Source of the DNA: an uncultured Actinomycetes bacterium
GTDB taxonomy: Bacteria > Actinomycetota > UBA4738 > HRBIN12
Length of the DNA stretch: 64,000 nucleotides
NCBI GenBank assembly: GCA_963758715.1
Contig: CAVWWK010000006.1
Location: 72,597 to 136,596, forward strand
Direction: 5' to 3'
This document shows positions 57,973 through 64,000 of the stretch, in pieces; position 1 is the stretch's first letter; each line of letters begins with the position of its first letter. Under the pieces are notes generated by a model that was given only the letters and a program-made list of their open reading frames with translations, was not told the DNA's origin and did no database searches. The translations under genes were made by a program, and so were the position numbers.

Positions 57973-58185
57973 TCAGTGCTCATCCCAGTGATCGCGGTGG
58001 AACCAGTGCCGATGACCGTCGTGCACGTAGTCGGTGTGGTCGTCGTGCTCCACCGCCTCGTGACCGCAGCCTTCACCGTGCTCGTGATCGTCGTGGTCCT
58101 CGTGATGGTGGTGTTCCTGTTCCTCCTCGAACGGCGAGGGGAACGCGTTCGGCTCTTCCCACATCGACGGCGGGATCTTCGACAT
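57973..58185 (-). CDS. Histidine- and acid-rich small protein (70 aa), probable metal-binding
   Basis: MSKIPPSMWEEPNAFPSPFEEEQEHHHHEDHDDHEHGEGCGHEAVEHDDHTDYVHDGHRHWFHRDHWDEH has 16 His, 21 Asp+Glu and 1 Cys. SD GGAAGGAG lies 7 nt upstream. It sits 56 nt downstream of the ECF S-component gene. Confidence 0.7.
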   Translation of the reverse strand: MSKIPPSMWEEPNAFPSPFEEEQEHHHHEDHDDHEHGEGCGHEAVEHDDHTDYVHDGHRHWFHRDHWDEH

Positions 58186-58241
58186 GACGGCACTCCTTCC
58201 GTCCTCGATGGACGCCCAGTGGCTACCGCTGGTTCATACCA

Positions 58242-59088
58242 TCAACCGGCGTCGAGGCGCATTCGTCGCGCCGCCCGGTCGAGCGCCGCGAGGAGCGGAC
58301 GCCCCAGGAGCAACACCAGCGCCGCGTTGCCCACCGCGCGGAACGTGTCCCACGCGAACGACGTTGCTGCGTAGAACGCCAGGTAGTGCCGCACGTTCTC
58401 GCCCAGGCCCGCGGCCGGGTCCCAGCTGATCGCGGACCCGCGACCAGGAAGGGCCACGACCACAGGTTCATGATCGCGCCGAACAGATAGCCGCACGACC
58501 GCTCCGTACGCTGCGAGCGATCCGAGACGCACCCTCCACGAGCTCCTGGGCAGCAGTCCGGCGCCCATGCCCACCCAGCCGACCGCCACCATCTGGAACG
58601 GCAGCCAAGGGCCGAGCCCTCCGAGGAAAAGCCCGCTCGCGAAGGTTCCCACCGTCCCAAGCAGGAACCCGAACCCCGGTCCGAAGGCGTTGCCCGCCAC
58701 CAGCACCACGATGAACATCGCGCTGAAGCCGGCGACGAACCCCGGCAATCGGAGCGCCACCATCGCCGCGCCCAAGACCCCGAGCAGGGCGACGGCCTTC
58801 GGTCCCAGGCCTCCGCGACCGAGCTCGACGAACAGCACCGAGCCCAGGCACACGAGCAGGATCGCCAGCACCAGCGGGCCGTCGGTCTCGTGGTTCTCGT
58901 TCACGCCGGGCGCCAAGGGAAGCGACGAACGGCCACAGGAACGCCAGCAGGCCGAGGAGGTTGACGACGATCAGAACCGCCAGCCGCACGCGGGTCCGCT
59001 CACGGTATGGCGCGCGAGGGCGCCCGCGGGAGCGATCCTGCGTCGTTGGGTCGGTCGCGGCCGTGTCGGGTCGTTCGACGTCGATCAC
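58242..59088 (-). pseudogene. ECF-transporter S-component-like membrane protein, needing about 3 frame changes
   Basis: GTG 59088 overlaps the ecfA stop (GTGA). VIDVERPD...RVRLAVLIVVNLLGLLAFLWPFVASL / APGVNENHETDGPLVLAILLVCLGSVLFVELGRGGLGPKAVALLGVLGAAMVALRLPG...AAYG / YLFGAIMNLWSWPFLVAG / SAISWDPAAGLGENVRHYLAFYAATSFAWDTFRAVGNAALVLLLGRPLL. Confidence 0.65.
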
Positions 59089-60666
59089 GCCAACGCCTCC
59101 GCGACCTGCTCGGGAGTGAGCCATCCCGGTCCGAACACCCGGGTCATCTGTGGTGCGAACACGGTGGAGTCACCGAGCACGATGCCGGGGTCGCCGTCGG
59201 CGACGACCTCTCCGCCCGCGAGCATGACCACGCGGGTGGCCACGGCCGCCGCGAGCTCCACGTCGTGGGTCGCCACGATCGCGACGCCACCGTCGCCGGC
59301 ATGTCCGCGTAGGAAGCGCGCGAGGCGTTCCTTCGCGTCGGGGTCGAACCCTCGGGTGGGCTCGTCCATCAGGAGCACCGGCGTCAGGCCGGCCGCGACG
59401 GCCGCGGTCGCCACCAGCAGCCGCTGCCCCGCGCTGAGAGGTCGCGAGGATGCCGAGCCGCGAGGCCGACGGATGCCGAGCGCGTCGAGCACCGGCTCGG
59501 GGGCGGCGCCAAGGCCCCGCGCCTTCAACGTGGCCCGGACCTCGCCGGCGACGGTGTCGGCGAACAGGATCGAGTCCGGATCCTGCGGACACAGCCCCAC
59601 GTCGATGCCGGGTTCGGGAGGATGACCGTCGACGGCGACCTCACCCCTCGTCGGCTCGTGAACGCCCGCGAGCGTGCGCAGCAGCGTGGACTTGCCGGCG
59701 CCGTTGCGTCCCATCAGCGCGACGATCTCACCGGCGCCGACGCGAAGGTCGATCCCGCGGAGCGCGGGGACGTCGCCGTAGCCGCGCGTCGACACCCCGG
59801 AGCTGGATCAGGGCGTGGCCGCTCGACGGCGCACGAGTCCGGGCGGGAGCGCCGAGCGAGCGCTCCGCCCATGCGACGGGCATCGCGAACCGTGAGGGGC
59901 ACGGGATCCCACCCGGCGAGCCGTCCGAGCCGAGCGACCGGAGGCCCGATCGCCAGGCGATGCGATCACCGTCGGCTGGGTCGCCGACACACACCTGGCC
60001 GGCCTCGAACCCGAGCGCGCCAGGTCGACCCAGCCGGCGACCCGCTCCAGCCGGTGTTCGGCGAGCAGCACGGTCATGCCCGTGGTCGTGCACCAGCCGC
60101 TGCAGCGCGGCCATCACGTCCTCTGCTCCCTGCGGGTCGAGCTGCGAGGTGGGCTCGTCGAGCACGAGGATCCGCGGGCCCGGCGGCGAGCGCCGCGGCG
60201 ATCGCGACGCGCTGACGCTCGCCGCCGCGAAGCGTGCGGACGCTCCGTGCCCGCAGAGCCTCGAGGTCGAGCAGGTCGAGCATCTCCTCGACCCGCCGTC
60301 GCATGTGCGCGGGATCGACGCCCAGGTTCTCCATGCCGTACGCGAGCTCGTCCTCGACCCGATCCAGCACGAACGAGGCCTCGGGGTCCTGCGGCACGAA
60401 CGCGACGACGTCCGCGAGCCGGCGCGGCGGATGCGGCGAGCGTGTCGCGGCCGTCCACCGTGACCCGGCCTCGAAGGTGCCGCCCGTGAAGTGCGGCACC
60501 AGTCCGTTGGCCGCGCGGAGGAAGGTCGACTTGCCGGCGCCCGTCGGTCCGATCGCCAGCGCGAAGGTGCCGTCGGCGATCGTCCAGAGTCGACGTCGCG
60601 CAAGGCGTCGGCTGATCCGGCTCCGGGATACGTGAAGGCACCCGATCGAAGCGACAGCGCCGTCAT
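59085..60666 (-). pseudogene. Fused double ECF/CbiO-type ABC ATPase (EcfA-EcfA'), needing at least 8 frame changes in its first two-thirds
   Basis: MTALSLRSGAFTYPGAGSADALRDV / TIADGTFALAIGPTGAGKSTFLRAANGLVPHFTGGTFE / GRVTVDGRDT / PRRLADVVAFVPQDPEASFVLDRVEDELAYGMENLGV...GGERQRVAIAAALAAGP / RILVLDEPTSQLDPQGAEDVMAALQRLVHDHG / MTVLLAEHRLERVAGWVD / ... The second half is intact (track 59085..59795): ALRGIDLRVGAGEIVALMGRNGAGKSTLL...LSAGQRLLV...LLMDEPTRGFD. Confidence 0.8.
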
Positions 60667-61509
60667 GGTTCGCTCGGCGGCGTCGGGTGAGGAAACCCGG
60701 CAGGGCGAGCAGCCCGATCGCGCGCCAGCAGCACGGGATCGACCGGGCGGCCACGCGAGCGGCGTACGTGCGACGGGTGCAGCACCGCCCAGCCGCCGAA
60801 CGAGGCGCGACAGGAAGATCGCGGCCGCCGCCACGGGCGCAGGCGGCGATGCGCCGCGGCCGGCGCCGACCACCGCTGGGGCCGGTACCGCGATCCGCCG
60901 GCCGCGGCCGTGTCCCGCGCGCGTCCATCGCTCTCGGCGAGGGTGACCGCGCTCCTCCATCCCGGACTCGAGCACGGGAACCGCGAGCGCCGGGAGCGAG
61001 CGCAGCGGTGAGACGTGGATGCCACGCAACCGTTGCGCCTCGCGCACGCGCGCGACGCTCGCGACGGTCCGCGGCGCGATCGAGAGCGCGAGCGCGGCGG
61101 CGAGCGCAGGCTCGTGGAGCCGCCGTGGCGCGAGGCGCACCACGCCGAAGGGGTCGGTCACCGCGTTGAAGGTCCCGAAGACGACGAGGAGCGTCGCGAG
61201 CCGGGCGCCCTCGAGGAAGGCGAAGGCGACGCCTGCCGGCGTCACGGTCCGAGGAGCACGAGCGACGTGCGGAGCGCCAGCGTGACGAGCCCGGCGACCA
61301 GGAACAGGCGGAACGAGCGCGCGTCGGGACCCGTCGACGCGCTGCGTCGCGTACACGAACCACGACACGGCGACGAGCAGCAGCAGGTAGAAGGGGTTCG
61401 TCGTGGTGAACGCGACCAGCCCGGCGCACGTCGCCCACGCGATCCAGGCCGCCGGATGCACGGTGCTCAGTCGCCTCCTCGAGCGATCTGTCGGCGGCGC
61501 ACGAGCCAT
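60663..61509 (-). pseudogene. ECF transporter transmembrane component EcfT/CbiQ-like, needing at least 4 frame changes
   Basis: HPAAWIAWATCAGLVAFTTTNPFYLLLLVAVSWFVYATQRVDG / PDARSFRLFLVAGLVTLALRTSLVLLGP / VTPAGVAFAFLEGARLATLLVVFGTFNAVTDPFGVVRLAPRRLHEPALAAALALSIAPRTVASVARVREAQRLRGI...LAVPVLESGMEE / AVTLAES.... The last frame ends in a TGA overlapping the ecfA ATG (ATGA at 60663-60666). An alternative start is GTG 61461. Confidence 0.7.
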
Positions 61510-62377
61510 CCGCCAGCGCCGAACACCCCGATCGCGACGAGGGCGGCGATCGCGCCGGCCGGCGGCCCGCCCCCGCTCTGTTCACGGTGACGCCCGCGGC
61601 GAGCTCCGCCCCCGGCGACGCCTGGACGACCGATCCGTCGACAGAGGGCTCGGCGGGAGTGCGGCCCTCGTTCCCGGAGCGTTCGTCGTCGGGTTCCCGT
61701 CGGTCGCCGCTTTCGGTGACGGGTTCGGCGATCCACTGGCGCCGGTCGGGCCGGTGGGCGCTTCGCCGTCGCTTCCCGATCCGCCTCCCGGGCTCCCACC
61801 GCCGCCCGATCCGCGCCGAGCCGCCGCCCGAGCCGCCGCCGCCTCCGTTACCGGGAGGCGATGCGGCGGCGGGTGAGGTCGGATCCGCCTCCTCACACAC
61901 GTCGTTGAAGGCCAGGGCGGGCGGCGAGGGTGTGTGGCGCCCGAATCGCCCGAACCCCAGACCCACCCGTCCATGTCACCGTCCTCGACCGACGCGGAGC
62001 CGCGCCCGACCCGGCCCAGCTCCACCCGCCCGAACCGTTCCCGTGCCAGTAGCCCCAGAAGTCCGGGTACTCGCCGAAGCAGTCGCCTCCGCTCGCGCCC
62101 ACGCCGGCAGCTGACAGACGGCCTGGCCACCGAACCCCAGCCGGTACTGCAGCCCGTACTGCTGGCCCGCCAGCTCGATGAGCCGGAGCCCGCTGACGCT
62201 GGACGCGTCGAGGGAGACGCAGTAGGTCGTGGTCTGGGTCCCGGTGCCGACCACCAGGGCCGGCATGCGGCGCGCCCCGTGCCTCGGCTGCGCAGACGGC
62301 GGCCGAGCCCGCGATGGCCGGCGCGAGGACCGGAGCGGCCAGGATGAGGCCGAGGCCGAGGCTCGGAGGCGGCGCAT
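61467..62377 (-). pseudogene. Secreted DUF4430-like (transcobalamin C-terminal-domain-like) protein with a Gly/Pro/Ser linker and a C-terminal TM anchor, needing at least 6 frame changes
   Basis: MRR / PPSLGLGLILAAPVLAPAIAGSAAVCA (signal) / ALVVGTGTQTTTYCVSLDASSVSGLRLIELAGQQYGLQYRLGFGGQAVCQL / AGVGASGGDCFGEYPDFWGYWHGNGSGGWSWAGSGAA / SVEDGDMDGWVWGSG / low-complexity linker / PPAGAIAALVAIGVFGAGGWLVRRRQIARGGD*. Confidence 0.6.
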
Positions 62378-62381
62378 GGCT

Positions 62382-63377
62382 CTAGCAGGCCGCCGTCGGT
62401 GGGACCTGCCGTGAGACGGGTCCGCCGAGCGGGAACGGGATGCGCAAGAGGCCGGGTATCGCGCCGATCGTTGCTCCGGGGTCGGGTCGCCCGTGACGTC
62501 GCCGTCGCACGTGTACGCCCACGCTCCGCAGCGCGGGTGCTGCAGGCGCCGCAGCGACCTGAGACCGCCCGCGGGGATCGCTGTTCGCCGGCCACGAAGG
62601 CCTGGAGCACCAGGCCGGTGGAGTTCGCGTCGGTCACCAGGAAGGCCCTCGAATACGCCCAGCCGCCGTGGTCGGGGTCGCGGACCGTGTCGAAGAAGTC
62701 GAACGGATCGTCGCCCCAGCCAGTGCGGCCAGCTTCCTCCAGCGCCTGCACCGCGTAGGCCGTGGTGTTCGAGTCCGACGTGAAGAAGTCGTTGCCCGAA
62801 CCGTCGTCACAGTGCTGGTCGTCGGTGCCCGGGGCGAACGGGGCATCGTAGGCCCAGCCGCCGTCGGGACACTGGGCATCCAGCAGCCACCTCGTCACCC
62901 GTGCGGCCGGCCTGACGCCGGCCGACTCGATCGCCAGGACGCGAGCGCCTGGTCGAAGACCGCTGCCGTGCCGATGTGGCCGTTGCCGCCGAGCTGGATC
63001 GGATCTGTCGAACGAGGTTCGTGTCGGCGAACGTGCGCGGGTTCCGTCCTGCCGCGGCCACCGCCATGACGCACCTTGGCCTGCAGGCCGACGCCTGTGA
63101 CGTCGCCGGCGAGCGTCTGCCGTCTCAGGTAGGCGAGCCCCGACCGCACGAGCGGTCTGCCCAGCCCGGTGGCCACGAAGGCCAGGACGGCGTCGGACGT
63201 GGAGCCGATCGGGGAGAAGGCCGGGATCGAGCCGTTGGGGCTGCTGCATACCGCGAGGAAACCGACGCCGCGCTCCGCTCGATCCGATCGGTGATCGCCG
63301 ACGCCGAGGCGGGCAACGCCACGACGAGCGGCGAACGAAACGATGAAGGCGGCGGTCCGCCGAACCTTCGGGCCCAT
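62382..63377 (-). pseudogene. Secreted prenyltransferase/squalene-cyclase-repeat (alpha/alpha-toroid) protein, first gene after the riboswitch, needing at least 5 frame changes
   Basis: SD GGAAGGAG lies 5 nt before ATG 63377. MGPKVRRTAAFIVSFAA.../ERGVGFLAVCSSPNGSIPAFSPIGSTSDAVLAFVATGLGRPLVRSGLAYLRRQTLAGDVTGVGLQAKV / AMAVAAAGRNPRTFADTNLVRQI / DPIQLGGNGHIGTAAVFDQALA / VLAIESAGVRPAARVTRWLLDAQCPDGGWAYDAPFAPG...DSNTTAYAVQALEEAG...DPDHGGWAYSRAFLVTDANSTGLVLQAFVAGEQ / AIPAGGLRSLRRLQHPRCGAWAY... / ...IGAIPGLLRIPFPL...*. Confidence 0.6.
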
Positions 63378-63479
63378 GGGGGCTCCTTCCCGGGCGTCTC
63401 GCGCGCCCTTACGGAACGTCCGCCGCTGGATCGACGTCGGGCCCGAGCGGGCCGGCGGCCGCTCCCCATCCTCGAGGGA

Positions 63480-63660
63480 TCGTTCAGCCGTGCGTCACGC
63501 AGGGCGGCCTGGCTCGCCCACGCGGATCCTGGATCGGATCGAGCGTGACCTACAGTTGCGGGACAGCGCCGGAATCCGACCGGCTTCGCCTCCGCGACGC
63601 GTTGTGAGCCGCACGCTAGCAGAGTCGGTTGCGCGGACGCCACCGGCGTGGAACCGGCGG
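63480..63660 (-). promoter_or_regulatory. Cobalamin (B12) riboswitch in the 5' leader of the 63377 operon
   Basis: The minus strand reads ...GGAGGCGAAGCCGGTCGGATTCCGGCGCTGTCCCGCAACTGTAG (63587-63550). This matches the conserved core GGGAAgCCGGTGngAAtTCCGGcgCtGtCCCGCAACtGTa. A B12-box-like GAGCCAGGCCGCCCTGC follows at 63515-63499. A GGGCG-N7-CGCCC hairpin abuts the SD. Confidence 0.75.
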
Positions 63661-63777
63661 GAAGTTCGGACTTTCGGCGTAGGCGCTGGGGGTATCGCGC
63701 CCTAGGGCCGAGGGTATAGGTTCGTCGCGGAACCCAAGAACCCGGGCCCACAACCTATCCCAAGGAGAATCCTCCCC

Positions 63778-64000
63778 ATGACCCGATACCGCTGCGTACA
63801 TCCGGCTCACGCATACAGCGGCGGGCCCGCGTCGGTCGATGTGACCGCCCAGGTCCGGCTGGAGCGCGAGTTCCTCCCTCGAGAGTCTGCCTACCTCGCC
63901 GACTCCGGCGACGTGATCCGCAGGGTGCGTGAGCTGTCCGACTCCGACCCGGTGGATCGCGATGCCGCGGTTCGCCGGATCCTGACCGGAACCACCTCGC
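63778..64000 (+). CDS. Hypothetical protein, 5' part only (runs off window end)
   Basis: AAGGAG lies 11 nt before ATG 63778. MTRYRCVHPAHAYSGGPASVDVTAQVRLEREFLPRESAYLADSGDVIRRVRELSDSDPVDRDAAVRRILTGTTS..., GC3-rich. Divergent from the riboswitch operon. Confidence 0.45.
   Translation, partial: MTRYRCVHPAHAYSGGPASVDVTAQVRLEREFLPRESAYLADSGDVIRRVRELSDSDPVDRDAAVRRILTGTTS

Overview
This is a high-GC actinobacterial chromosome segment centred on the replication origin. Gene order closely follows the Mycobacterium origin region. On the minus strand: tRNA-Ile, DUF3566, gyrA, gyrB, DUF721/DciA, recF, dnaN, an oriC DnaA-box cluster and dnaA. On the plus strand: rpmH, rnpA, yidD, yidC, jag, rsmG, parA and parB. 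Next come ddl, an aminotransferase, SDR and LLM oxidoreductases, cwlM, trxA, trxB, an anti-sigma/ECF sigma pair, murJ, an Rv3909-like protein, TauE, NUDIX, pilT and cca. The accessory part holds a P-type ATPase, lepB, modABC with a MerR-HTH/TOBE regulator, MFS pumps, ychF and Ni-SOD sodN/sodX. It also holds a decayed metzincin, TusA/DsrE, chrA, a methyltransferase, MarR+MFS, a cupredoxin, ino1-padR and two flavin/F420-type oxidoreductases. The most interesting locus is at 58.0-63.7 kb on the minus strand. A cobalamin riboswitch leads an operon for a secreted alpha/alpha-toroid (prenyltransferase-like) protein, a membrane-anchored DUF4430 (transcobalamin-C-terminal-like) protein, a dedicated ECF transporter (T, fused A-A', S) and then a very His-rich small protein. 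I read this as a corrinoid capture and uptake system. As sequenced it is riddled with frame changes. Across the window I traced roughly 50 frame disruptions by eye. Some fall in essential genes (gyrB, yidC, ddl), but they cluster strongly at 58-63.4 kb, 44.6-45.9 kb and 38.4-38.7 kb. From sequence alone I cannot separate consensus or assembly error from real gene decay. I saw no rRNA, CRISPR array, transposase, integrase or prophage genes. The many long ORFs antisense to real genes are GC-driven shadow ORFs.
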